Notes: a model not told the origin generated them from the sequence alone. A stretch of DNA of 29,678 bases from a virus (IMGVR_UViG_3300031857_000985:1-29678); one strand, 5' to 3'. Shown: positions 18,915 to 28,034, numbered from the stretch's first letter. Numbers and translations: made by a program.

Positions 18915-19715
18915 TTATCTAATGTCATTAACAACTTGCCCACGACGGAAGGCTTCCTCTAGTTGAGGCTGAATGCGAATATACTCGGCTTCCGAAAGCT
19001 TGACTACTTCACTCATTCGGTACTTAGCTGTAGCTCCCGAACGTGGCTTAACAGACCCTTGACGGATGTACTGAGGGTTCTGACGAACAGAGGCAGACTG
19101 GTTAGTAGCCTTATCTTTTGTAAGTAGGGCATATATAAGTCTAGCTCCCTCAACGTTGTCAAGTGCCTTTTTCTGAGGTGCTGGTAGTTTTTCCCAGTAA
19201 CCTTTAACCTCTTGAAGGGTGGTTTGGTAGTCGTCACCCCACTCCTGTTTTAGAATATTTGTCTGCTGCTCTACTACATACTGGGCTTTAAACTGTTGTA
19301 GTTCTTGGAGAAGCCCGTAAACGTCGTGTAACCCTACACCCAGAAGTTGTTTAACCTCCTTATCTACATAAAGGAGACGTTCTCTAAGCTTCTTCTCGTC
19401 TTCGGGTTCCTCTTCTTCCTCTTCTTTTTTTGGTTCCTGTGCTGCCTCTGGGGGTGTTTCTTCTGCTGCTGGCTGCTGTCCTACGCCGAGTAAGCCTGCC
19501 AAAGCATCCACATCTACACCTAGTTTAGAGGCTATAGAGGCTAGTTCTTCTGAGGACACAGAGGATGAAGCCTCAGCGTCTGCATTGTCCTGTAAAGTTT
19601 GGGGGTCATCTACACCCATAGTGTAGCTACCGTTTAAGTACCCGTAGTCCACAGGTGCGTCTGCTGTCTGTTGTTGTAGGGTGTTATCCACCACGGACTC
19701 ATTTTGGTTTTGCAT
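18915..19715 (-). CDS. Capsid scaffolding protein
   Basis: Acidic, helical 266 aa between portal and MCP; EWGDDY motif; C-terminal short helix pair (KLSEAEYIRIQPQLEEAFRRGQV). Confidence 0.8.
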   Translation of the reverse strand: MQNQNESVVDNTLQQQTADAPVDYGYLNGSYTMGVDDPQTLQDNADAEASSSVSSEELASIASKLGVDVDALAGLLGVGQQPAAEETPPEAAQEPKKEEEEEEPEDEKKLRERLLYVDKEVKQLLGVGLHDVYGLLQELQQFKAQYVVEQQTNILKQEWGDDYQTTLQEVKGYWEKLPAPQKKALDNVEGARLIYALLTKDKATNQSASVRQNPQYIRQGSVKPRSGATAKYRMSEVVKLSEAEYIRIQPQLEEAFRRGQVVNDIR

Positions 19716-21759
19716 ATGTCTGTTGTGCTTTTAACTGTAGAAATTTCTGTAGCTCTTCTGGGTTGCTGGCTATAGCTTGGGCTACACGCTGTCCGGGTTT
19801 GCCTCCTGTAATTAAACCTTTATCCATTAGCTCATTCACCTCTGGACTAGCACCCATAGCACCCGGAGACATTTGTGGGGGCATAGGGGGCATTTGTGGA
19901 GGAGCCGACACAGGGACATCAGTAGGGAGAGGAGGGGCAGCAGCAGCAGGGGTGGCAGGTGCGGCTAAGAACTTGTGCCAATTATCTCTCCGCATAAACT
20001 TAGAGGTTAGATGTTCCGCTACTGCGTCCCAATTAACTCTACTGGACAGTTGCTCATTTTGAGACATAACGGACACGAAGTCCACAGCATTCTTAACGTC
20101 GTACTCTTTATCGGCTACATGAGAAGAACCAAGAGGGCAGACAGTGTAGCTATCCGCTAGTTCCTCTTGTCCGACTAACCAGAAGTCATAAACTATACTG
20201 GCTTTTCTAGAAGGGACACGAACTACCTCTTCATTCTCTTGGAACTGTTGAAGATGAGCGTACATCTTATTTAAAAACTTGTAGAGGGCTGTACTCTCAA
20301 TATGCCCGTGAATACGGTTAAGTCTATTACCGCCAGCACTACGTTGAGCTTTAACCTCCTCTGCTGTAACCCGTTCTCCGTCACGTCCAGAGTTCACGCC
20401 TAAGTAAGCACCTACTCCAGTAGTCTTTTCTATCCTCTCGTCTAGTATCTGTTCATCCCTTACCGAGATGTTATTGGTTCTCTCAATAGGAATAGGACGG
20501 ATATTGTCGGGTGTTTCTACACGGATGAGCTTACCGGGTTCACTGTACAAGTTTTCAAAGTCTATAACCCCATCGTCAACGACAGCGTACATAGGGTTAA
20601 CCGTTAACTCGTCACAGTCTAGTCTATGGTTCTGTACCTCAAACATTTGATGAAGTTGACCAATGACGGGTTGTAGTAAGGACACACCATAGGGTGAGCC
20701 TTGTGTATTAACATAGGTTCCGACTATAAAAGGTTTACCATCCCAGAATGGGTTAGTTTCTATATTTAGAAGCTTGGTTCCCATAATGGTACAAACTACG
20801 TCTAGGTACACAATGTCATCTAAGTAGATGTCTCCCCAGTATTCATATAGTTCTAATGACTGGTTAGCGTTGAAGGTAGTATCTGGAATTAGACCGACCA
20901 TTTCATTAATGTCTTGTTTAAACACACGGGAGACTGAAAGGTCTGTACTTGTAGCTCCTTTAACGTCCTCAACGTCTATTAAGGGGTACACACCTTCTTC
21001 TACTAACCTAATTACTTCTGCTTTAGTCTTGGTTATTCTGCGGATACAGGCACAGTCAACAGTACCAGAAAACCCACTAGAAGGGTCTAGGTAGAAGTCA
21101 TAAAGGTCAATAACCTCTAAGTCAATACCGTCATAAATTACCTTCTCAATGGGTACGGTAGTAAAGGACTCCCTACCATCAGGCTGTCTTACTTTTACCT
21201 TTCTAAAGGTAGGTTTTACATCATACCTATACGGGAGAGCCATGACGGAAGTCCCTACTACACAAAGCTGACGGACAAACACATCCCACCAGTCCTCGAA
21301 GTTAGCTTGGTTTAGCTTCTTCTGAATAAGCTTTTTAACCCGTTCAAGTCTCATCAACCAGTTGTCGTCTTCACCTCCGCCGCCACCTGCATTAGGCATT
21401 TGTGGGATAAGGTCAAACCAGTCTTGAGCAGGGAATGTAGCCTGTTGAATATAGGAGTTCACCGTCTCTACAAGGTCAAAACCCTTGCCTGTGTGTATTT
21501 GGTGTCTCCAGGAGCCTTCATCAACAGACTGCCCTAAGTCTAGAGCCTGTCTTCTTAACCAAGAAGCTGACTGAGGAGTAGAGAAGTAGTGCGCCCACTC
21601 TGCTGTCCAGAGAGTCTCTACCTCTTGTCGTCTAGAAGACCAGTCCTGTAAAGTCTCGGTAACGTACCTAACGATGCACTCTTTCCGCTTTTCAACAGAG
21701 GTATTGTCTGTCTCCTCTATAAACTGTACTAAAAGGTCGTCCTTAGTCTGCTTTATCAT
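19699..21759 (-). CDS. Portal protein
   Basis: 686 aa between terL and scaffold; DFYLDP, LYEYWG, YGVSLL and RVTAEEV motifs of podoviral portals. Confidence 0.9.
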   Translation of the reverse strand: MIKQTKDDLLVQFIEETDNTSVEKRKECIVRYVTETLQDWSSRRQEVETLWTAEWAHYFSTPQSASWLRRQALDLGQSVDEGSWRHQIHTGKGFDLVETVNSYIQQATFPAQDWFDLIPQMPNAGGGGGEDDNWLMRLERVKKLIQKKLNQANFEDWWDVFVRQLCVVGTSVMALPYRYDVKPTFRKVKVRQPDGRESFTTVPIEKVIYDGIDLEVIDLYDFYLDPSSGFSGTVDCACIRRITKTKAEVIRLVEEGVYPLIDVEDVKGATSTDLSVSRVFKQDINEMVGLIPDTTFNANQSLELYEYWGDIYLDDIVYLDVVCTIMGTKLLNIETNPFWDGKPFIVGTYVNTQGSPYGVSLLQPVIGQLHQMFEVQNHRLDCDELTVNPMYAVVDDGVIDFENLYSEPGKLIRVETPDNIRPIPIERTNNISVRDEQILDERIEKTTGVGAYLGVNSGRDGERVTAEEVKAQRSAGGNRLNRIHGHIESTALYKFLNKMYAHLQQFQENEEVVRVPSRKASIVYDFWLVGQEELADSYTVCPLGSSHVADKEYDVKNAVDFVSVMSQNEQLSSRVNWDAVAEHLTSKFMRRDNWHKFLAAPATPAAAAPPLPTDVPVSAPPQMPPMPPQMSPGAMGASPEVNELMDKGLITGGKPGQRVAQAIASNPEELQKFLQLKAQQTYAKPK

Positions 21760-23486
21760 CTTAATCCTCCGAACATTTTATTAACTGGTCTAGGGGGTGT
21801 CTTGTTTTCTGCTGACTGTCGCTTCACAGGTTTTCCTATCTCCCGTATCATCTCAATAACGTCCAGGGGGTCATCCTTCACGGTGTCTGATGGGAACAGG
21901 TTAAACATATCTATAAGTTCCTTCTGGCAACCCGTGTAGGCTGGTAGGTAAAGCCCCTTATTAAATATTAGGGGTTGTAAGCCTGCCTCTATCCTTTCCT
22001 TTTTAGACTTGTCTCTAGGGGGGTTATACTCCTTTACCATCACTTGGTGTCCCACCCTAATAGAAGCCTGTTTAATATAGGTAGAGAGGGCAAACGAGAA
22101 GGCTACTGACTCAAGGTACACAGACCAGCATTCCCACCTTTGGGCTAACTCTATGACTTGTGCCGCCCACTGCTCAGGCGACCATCTACCGAACTTAAGG
22201 TCAAATATGAGTAGTCTAGTCCAGTCAGGTGTTTCAACGATACCTCCTATACCTATAGCTGTGTAGTCACTGTTTTTATTAGCTTTACCGGCAGGGTCAA
22301 TTACAAGTCTTGGGAATATACGGTGAGCCTCGTCTGTGTCTCCGAATTTGTACAACCAGTAGTTAGTATTTTTCTCTTTAAGTAGAGAACCAGGTCTAAT
22401 AAACTGTACGCTGTCCCAAGTTAGAGTAATGTCCTCAGTGACTAAGACTTTATTCAGGTACTGAGCGTACCAGTGCCTATTAGACATACTTTTACGTCTT
22501 TTATTGGCTACATCATCATTCCAACGCTCTCCCCAGAGGTATCCGTCTGTGTTATCCTCACCGTTTTTATAAATGTTCTTTTCGTAGTATAACCAGCAAG
22601 AGTCGCCGGTTTTAACGTCGTCTTCTATCTCCTGATACCAGTCCCATCGGAAATAACGAGTCCCGTTAACCCCGACTTCATCTCCTACACGACACAGAAA
22701 CTGTATTCTATCTTGGTACTGTTTAGCTTTACTGAGGGGTTTTAGTCTTTCATATAGTTCCTGGTCAAAGAACTCTGGGTCAACTACAGAGAATAAGTCA
22801 TTTTTCCAAGTGTCTATTTTCTCCTTTTTAGCTGTGGTGTCGTAGTTGGTAAAGTCTATCATGTCGTCAATGTGAATAACGTCATAGTGGAACCCAGTAG
22901 AGGCAGACCCTGCACAACCGACACCAATAGTGGGGTCTTTAGATATAATGTCCCTTAATACCTGTATTTGGTTCTGGTTCCAGATAATTTTCTTATCTAT
23001 AGCCTCTGTATTGTACGTACTTTCATCTTCGTCTGCCACGAACAGGGCATTACGAGACTGTTGACGTGCTGTAACCCCAGAAGCCTTCTCCATTAAAGGG
23101 ATAAGACGAACACCAGGGTAGTGAGGTCTGTTATTCCAAATATTCTCTTGGTTCCACGGGTCAACTAGGTACTGTTGCATCTCCCGCATGATAGCCTGTC
23201 CTAGTTCCTTCCTACCCGTGCCTATAAATATTCTAATGTTTGGGTTGACGTATATTAAATGTAGATACTTGAGGATGCTTAAGGTAGTTTTTAAATGACC
23301 ACGAGGGAAGATGGTACAAACCTGTTTACCTTCCCATCGTAGTTCTGAGAGTTCTTTGTGGCACTCACCGAATGCTTTAGAGCCACCATGAAAATTAATT
23401 AGGTCAGCAAATTTCCAGAGGTCTGTAATGCTCCCAATTAACTCCTGTTTAGTCGGTACTCGTCTTTCTTTAGTGACTCTAGGCAT
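21756..23486 (-). CDS. terL: Terminase large subunit
   Basis: Walker A PRGHLKT, Walker B GFHYDVIHIDD, coupling motif NGTRY, nuclease motifs VIDPA...SDYTA and KDDPLD. Confidence 0.93.
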   Translation of the reverse strand: MPRVTKERRVPTKQELIGSITDLWKFADLINFHGGSKAFGECHKELSELRWEGKQVCTIFPRGHLKTTLSILKYLHLIYVNPNIRIFIGTGRKELGQAIMREMQQYLVDPWNQENIWNNRPHYPGVRLIPLMEKASGVTARQQSRNALFVADEDESTYNTEAIDKKIIWNQNQIQVLRDIISKDPTIGVGCAGSASTGFHYDVIHIDDMIDFTNYDTTAKKEKIDTWKNDLFSVVDPEFFDQELYERLKPLSKAKQYQDRIQFLCRVGDEVGVNGTRYFRWDWYQEIEDDVKTGDSCWLYYEKNIYKNGEDNTDGYLWGERWNDDVANKRRKSMSNRHWYAQYLNKVLVTEDITLTWDSVQFIRPGSLLKEKNTNYWLYKFGDTDEAHRIFPRLVIDPAGKANKNSDYTAIGIGGIVETPDWTRLLIFDLKFGRWSPEQWAAQVIELAQRWECWSVYLESVAFSFALSTYIKQASIRVGHQVMVKEYNPPRDKSKKERIEAGLQPLIFNKGLYLPAYTGCQKELIDMFNLFPSDTVKDDPLDVIEMIREIGKPVKRQSAENKTPPRPVNKMFGGLR

Positions 23487-23508
23487 GGTTTTGTGTTGTT
23501 TCTCTAGT

Positions 23509-24021
23509 TTATACTTCGGCTGTGGTTAGTGCGGCAGTAGAGATAGCCCCAGCCCCTCCAGAGCTTTCCATGTAGAAGGGGAGGTTGAAAAATTCAGCAA
23601 ACACAATAACCCGTGTAGCCTGTTCGGAGTCAGAGTCACTGGCGACTAGCTCGACACACTGAACAGTGGTATTCGCAGTGGGGGTAACGGTGAAGTTACC
23701 AGAACCGGAGCCGATAGCAGCACCGGTGTACGTTGTGTTACCACCACTCGCACGGGTAATGGTTCCGGTTTCAGTTTCACCAGCAACCAGGGTTCCACCG
23801 ATATTATAGATAGCTGTCCATCGAACGACACAAGAAGAACCTTCTGGGACATAGATAGCCTGACTACCCTTCTCATCTTTCAGGTAGAAGTCAACGTTAG
23901 GGGAGTTATCCACGGTACCAGCAGCGTAGAACAGGCGGCTCCAATTGGTTTTAGTTGAGAACAGGGTATGGTCTTGTGACTGGAATGAAGAAAATTGGTC
24001 TGCGGGGTATTGAATAGGCAT
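23509..24021 (-). CDS. Putative virion structural (cement-like) protein
   Basis: 170 aa, T/G/A-rich beta composition; tightly packed in the late operon. Confidence 0.55.
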   Translation of the reverse strand: MPIQYPADQFSSFQSQDHTLFSTKTNWSRLFYAAGTVDNSPNVDFYLKDEKGSQAIYVPEGSSCVVRWTAIYNIGGTLVAGETETGTITRASGGNTTYTGAAIGSGSGNFTVTPTANTTVQCVELVASDSDSEQATRVIVFAEFFNLPFYMESSGGAGAISTAALTTAEV

Positions 24022-24025
24022 GGTT

Positions 24026-24643
24026 TTATTTAGGGTTTTGTTGGTTGTTTGAACTACTCAACAGTCCGGCTAGTTGTGCTAGAAGGCTGTTTACCTGCGT
24101 ATTAATATCAGCACCAGAAACAGACATTAAAGGGGCATTGGTTACATTAGAAGGTACAGCAGACTGAGGAGCAAACACAGAGGGAGGTACAGCAGCCTGC
24201 GGGGTATAAACAGAAGGAGGTGCAGGGGGAGTACCACCTGGGGGTCTAGTAGGGTAAGCTACTGGAGTAGTAGGAGTGTACTGGAAATTAGTAGGGGGAG
24301 CCTGAGTGGGCATAGGAGCCGCCGGCATAGTTGTACGAGTAGGGAGTTCCTGCTTCACCCCTTGTTCTGCTGTCTTAGCTGGCTGTTGCTGCTGCTCTTT
24401 TTTCCAAGCCTGCTCCTGCTTATACCACTCATCGTACTGGTTGTAGTTAGCAGGGGATAGGTAAAAGGCTTTTGACCCAGAGTCAGCTTTCCACTGTTTT
24501 GTGTCTATGTCAGAGGAGTCACCACCTTGACCGGTAGGTACTTCACTCCACATATTTTTATCCCGGTATTCGGAATACCTCTTATACTGTTCCTGAGCCA
24601 CAGGGTTTAACCTATTAAAGGTTTCTATCCAATTTGATGTCAT
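24026..24643 (-). CDS. Hypothetical Pro-rich protein (possible internal virion protein)
   Basis: 205 aa with a P/A/T-rich linker; 4-9 nt spacing to its neighbours. Confidence 0.65.
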   Translation of the reverse strand: MTSNWIETFNRLNPVAQEQYKRYSEYRDKNMWSEVPTGQGGDSSDIDTKQWKADSGSKAFYLSPANYNQYDEWYKQEQAWKKEQQQQPAKTAEQGVKQELPTRTTMPAAPMPTQAPPTNFQYTPTTPVAYPTRPPGGTPPAPPSVYTPQAAVPPSVFAPQSAVPSNVTNAPLMSVSGADINTQVNSLLAQLAGLLSSSNNQQNPK

Positions 24644-24652
24644 AGTTTACAC

Positions 24653-25561
24653 CTAAGAAACAGAACCAAAGAAGCTACCACTACTCATACCCGAAGTATT
24701 ATTAGACAGCATTCTCCTACTAGAAGTTAGACGCTTTCTCTGTTCTGCCAACCTCATGTCAAGGTTCCTTTGGTCTTGTTCAGCTTTTTGTCTAGCCCCT
24801 TCCTCTATGAAGAAGCTTTGTAGCATTGAAGCTGACGAGTCAAGTTCTGCCGCTCGTAGTTCCGCAGCTTGCTTTTCTCTAGCCGCCTGCTCATCAGCAA
24901 GGACTTGGTTTGTTATGGTGTTTGCATTCTGAAAGCTGGTATTAAGGCTGTTAACCGTGTTCCCCGCACTAGCTAAACTAGACGCAGCAGCATCATTTAG
25001 CGTAGTTAAGTACCCTTGTACTTCTGTGTTACTGTTGTTAATTGACTGCCCTAGAGTCCCTGACTGGGATGGGGGGGTAGTAAAGAGTGAAGTAGTAGAG
25101 GAAGTAGCTACAGGAGCAGCAGACGACGTGGAGGGGTAATAAATAGAGGGGGTTGTGGTTAGAGAAGTAGAATTAGTAGGGGTAGCGGCAGTGGGGAGGA
25201 CAGTAGCAGCAGTGGGAGCAGTAGTAGTTGTAGGAGCAGCAACGGGAGCAGTAGTAGTAGCTGGTGTGGTTGTTGTTGTTTCTGTCGCCGCTCTAGCAGC
25301 TGCTGCCTCATTATTCACTGCGCTCTGTGCAGCTAGTGCAGCTTCTTCTTCTTGTCGTTTCTTTTCCTCTGTAGATGCCCACTTCTGATAAGCAGAACGC
25401 ATCCACTGGTTTTCCCAACTAGCTTCTGTGTCTAATGTACCGTCTGGGTTAAGTGGGTTCGAGGAAAAGATACTCCAAGCACTACCCCCTTCAAGCTTTT
25501 TAAGTGTCTCTGGGTCATACCCAAGCATCTGTCTGTACAGGTTAGAACTCTTTGTACTCAT
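24653..25561 (-). CDS. Hypothetical T/A/S-rich and coiled-coil protein (possible internal virion protein)
   Basis: 302 aa; GGAG RBS; low-complexity linker and C-terminal coiled coil. Confidence 0.7.
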   Translation of the reverse strand: MSTKSSNLYRQMLGYDPETLKKLEGGSAWSIFSSNPLNPDGTLDTEASWENQWMRSAYQKWASTEEKKRQEEEAALAAQSAVNNEAAAARAATETTTTTPATTTAPVAAPTTTTAPTAATVLPTAATPTNSTSLTTTPSIYYPSTSSAAPVATSSTTSLFTTPPSQSGTLGQSINNSNTEVQGYLTTLNDAAASSLASAGNTVNSLNTSFQNANTITNQVLADEQAAREKQAAELRAAELDSSASMLQSFFIEEGARQKAEQDQRNLDMRLAEQRKRLTSSRRMLSNNTSGMSSGSFFGSVS

Positions 25562-25563
25562 AG

Positions 25564-25941
25564 TTACTCCTGCCCTCCAGTTAGGAATTTCTGTAGGATA
25601 CTAAAGTTAGCGTCAACTGGGGCATTCACAGGTCTGAATAAGGCATCTAGGTTACCTAACGACGCAGTGTTCCGATTACGACGTTCCTCGTTAAGGGTAT
25701 CTATAGAGTCGAAGAACGATGTAAGGACTTTGGTATTATCCTTAAGCTGGTCTAGTTGTAGCCCACCTATCTCTGTCTGTTTTTTACCGATGCCCAGTGT
25801 AGCCTCTAGACCCTGGTTAGAAAGCTGAGTCTGCATTTCGTACAGTTGGTCTTCAAAGGCATCTGCTGACTTTTGAACGTTAAGCTTCTTTTTCTCTACG
25901 ACAGCTTGTGACTTACTGGTATCTACGCTTCTAGCTCCCAT
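25564..25941 (-). CDS. Hypothetical helical protein (possible internal virion protein)
   Basis: 125 aa; AAGGAG RBS; overlaps the upstream stop. Confidence 0.7.
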   Translation of the reverse strand: MGARSVDTSKSQAVVEKKKLNVQKSADAFEDQLYEMQTQLSNQGLEATLGIGKKQTEIGGLQLDQLKDNTKVLTSFFDSIDTLNEERRNRNTASLGNLDALFRPVNAPVDANFSILQKFLTGGQE

Positions 25942-26173
25942 TATTACTCTCCTTAGTTGTAACTCGTTTTACTTGTCTTGCCTTCTCTAAACCTTCTACT
26001 CGTTTCCGTTCTCTCTCGGCTTTCGTTCTGTGACTGAGTAGCTTCTGTTTAACTACGGGGACACGAGCCTTGTACTCAGTAATGTCTTCTACAGTTAGAC
26101 CATAGAAGTCTAGTGTCTCACACACACCGTGTAGGGCTGTGTCTTTCAGTCTTTCTTTAGTTGGTGTTCTCAT
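25931..26173 (-). CDS. Small basic protein, first gene of the late operon (terminase small subunit or DNA-binding candidate)
   Basis: ATG at 26173 is preferred over TTG at 26182; K/R-rich C-terminus. Function is inferred from position only. Confidence 0.55.
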   Translation of the reverse strand: MRTPTKERLKDTALHGVCETLDFYGLTVEDITEYKARVPVVKQKLLSHRTKAERERKRVEGLEKARQVKRVTTKESNNGS

Positions 26174-27040
26174 AGGGTACAAAAAAAAAATAGAGAGACA
26201 GTGGCTGGGTGTTCTCGTTACACCACTTGCTGCTGCTGCTCTCTACTTTCACACACAATACACACGACACACACGACCACACGGAGGTCACACTTTTATA
26301 GTTACACACGCCTTCTTCACACGCTCTAAAACACACAACTAGGGTAGTACAGCTAGTACCGGGTAAGCGGACTGTAGTATTGATAGACGAACACTAGACA
26401 CAGCAAGGGTTTAGGTAAAAAGAAGACCACTAAGCCCTACCGTGCTTAGTGCCTAGCTCATCTGTTCCGGTCTTTTATACAGCAGAACAGCCTCAGCGAG
26501 CTTATCCTTATAGGTGAAGTCTAGACACTAGACACAGTAAGGGTTAGTTACATTTTTGTACGAATTGTCTTAGGCTGTTGGTGCGTGCGCGAGTTCCCCC
26601 CCTTTGTACTAGGTACGTACTGTAGTAATTAGTACCAAAGTAGTACATCGGAACGTTCTCTATTAAACACTAGGTAGTACGTTTATACCATAGTACATAC
26701 TAGAGTACAGGTACACTATCTCTATAGAACACAGGCTAGTCAAGGTTTGTGCAGGTCTTTAAACACAGGCACATAGTAGTACATCGGAACTATCTCTATA
26801 ACACGGGGAAAGAGGTAGTAGGGTACAAGTGTTTCTTTTTATAGGTACGAGTATCTTTTTATAGGAGAGTACACAGTGAAAGTCTTGCATTGTCTTGCAT
26901 TGTCTAGCCTTGTCTTGGTTTCTATTGCTTTGTACTACACGTGGACACAGACACAGATAGTCAAGACACATAACTGATAAGTAAATATTATATAGTTCAG
27001 CTAAAGGTATAAGTGTTTCTATATACACACAGACAGACAC

Positions 27041-27084
27041 AAAAAAAGAGTATAGAGCTTCCTTTCTCGCACATTCTATACTCT
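27041..27084 (-). terminator. Rho-independent terminator-like hairpin
   Basis: 10-bp stem AGAGTATAGA/TCTATACTCT followed by a T-run on the minus strand; the loop is large. Confidence 0.5.
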
Positions 27085-27265
27085 GGACTATAATTCACGA
27101 GAGGGTTTTTATACCCTTGAGTGAATGTATTGTGTCTTAACATCACTCCGAATGCTTTAGGGCATTCTCCGTTAGTAGTTCTTTTACTACACTCGAAGGT
27201 TTTAAGACCTTCTTCGTTTCTTTATTCTAAAGACTACTTACACATAAGAGACGAGGTGTCTGATG

Positions 27266-27298
27266 AAAAAAAGGTACGGTAAACCGAACAAACCGTAC
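27266..27298 (-). terminator. Rho-independent terminator-like hairpin
   Basis: GTACGGT/ACCGTAC stem followed by C and T7 on the minus strand. Confidence 0.55.
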
Positions 27299-27390
27299 AA
27301 TATCTCTGTACTAGACAACGAGAGAATAAGGGTTTCAGCCTATAAGTCTTAATATTCTCTTTATATTCTGTGTGTTGTGTGTCCCTATAG

Positions 27391-27420
27391 AAAGAGAAAA
27401 GGACACTTTGTAAGGTGTCC
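27391..27420 (-). terminator. Terminator-like hairpin downstream of the 69-aa gene; also matches the operator-like palindrome
   Basis: GGACAC-N8-GTGTCC followed by TTTTCTCTTT on the minus strand, 23 nt after the stop. Confidence 0.55.
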
Positions 27421-27443
27421 TAGTAGTTCTTCTGTTCTGGTTT

Positions 27444-27653
27444 TTAGTTGAGGAACCAGGTGTACTGGTTGTTGTCGTCGTTGGGTCGGAAGTCTATAAC
27501 TCCTATATTCAGTAGGGCTTCTAGGACTTTAAGGAAGTCTTCGGTGTGTACTATCTCAGAGTATTGTTTGACGACTGCGTAGTCCATATTTCCTTCTAGG
27601 CTTTGTCTGAATACTTGGAATGTTTTGTTCATTGCGTAGGTGGTAGCGTTCAT
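27444..27653 (-). CDS. Divergent small early protein, winged-helix-like
   Basis: Has the same GAGGTTACTATG start context as the plus-strand early genes; upstream TATAAT at 27686-27691 (minus strand); helix plus beta-hairpin pattern FLKVLEALLNIGVIDF...QYTW. Confidence 0.75.
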   Translation of the reverse strand: MNATTYAMNKTFQVFRQSLEGNMDYAVVKQYSEIVHTEDFLKVLEALLNIGVIDFRPNDDNNQYTWFLN

Positions 27654-27715
27654 AGTAACCTCTGTCTTTTTCTGTGTACCTCTTTATTATATACTATTTT
27701 TCTGGTGTTGTGTTA

Positions 27716-27769
27716 GTACATCAGAACTATGAGGACAGTTTGTAAAGTGGCACAGTAGTTCTAATGTAC
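27716..27769. promoter_or_regulatory. 54-bp dyad operator-like element between divergent promoters
   Basis: Arms GTACATCAGAACTA / TAGTTCTAATGTAC (13/14 complementary) flank the pseudo-palindrome GGACAGTT-TGTA-AAGTGGCA. Confidence 0.7.
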
Positions 27770-27773
27770 CCTC

Positions 27774-27803
27774 TTGACATTCCACCTAACTATATGTTAT
27801 AAT
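27774..27803 (+). promoter_or_regulatory. Consensus sigma70 promoter P1
   Basis: TTGACA-18nt-TATAAT with an extended -10 TG. Confidence 0.85.
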
Positions 27804-27906
27804 AAAAATATTCCTTGAAAGAGATGAAGGTGTGCGTGATGCACTGGTACAGGGATTGGTACAATTTCCTCACCTTCATAGGCTTATCGTTGTTGGGTAA
27901 GCAAAG

Positions 27907-27993
27907 TAGTACATCAAAACTATGGACAGTTAGAAAAGTGTCACACTACCCTGCCTAAGACCAGAAATATTTGTTATATTGAAAGAGTGAGGA
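27907..27993 (+). promoter_or_regulatory. Second operator half-unit plus extended -10 promoter P2
   Basis: TAGTACATCAAAACTAT-GGACAGTTAGAAAAGTGTCA, then TGTTATATT followed by the GAAAGAGTGAGGA start sequence shared with P3/P4; poor -35. Confidence 0.6.
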
Positions 27994-28034
27994 AAAGGAA
28001 AGGGGAACAGAGAAAAAGAAAAACAACCAACCCC

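Noticed and set aside
6562-25388. Short plus-strand and nested minus-strand ORFs within the structural genes
   Set aside because: Fully overlapped by well-supported virion genes, with no independent signals.
26139-27040. ORFs 26139-26342 (+) and 26759-27040 (-)
   Set aside because: Low-complexity translations of repeat-rich regulatory DNA with no RBS.
27824-27958. 44-codon ORF MKVCVMHW... after P1
   Set aside because: Lacks the conserved early RBS and runs through operator motifs; the RNA structure explains the sequence better.
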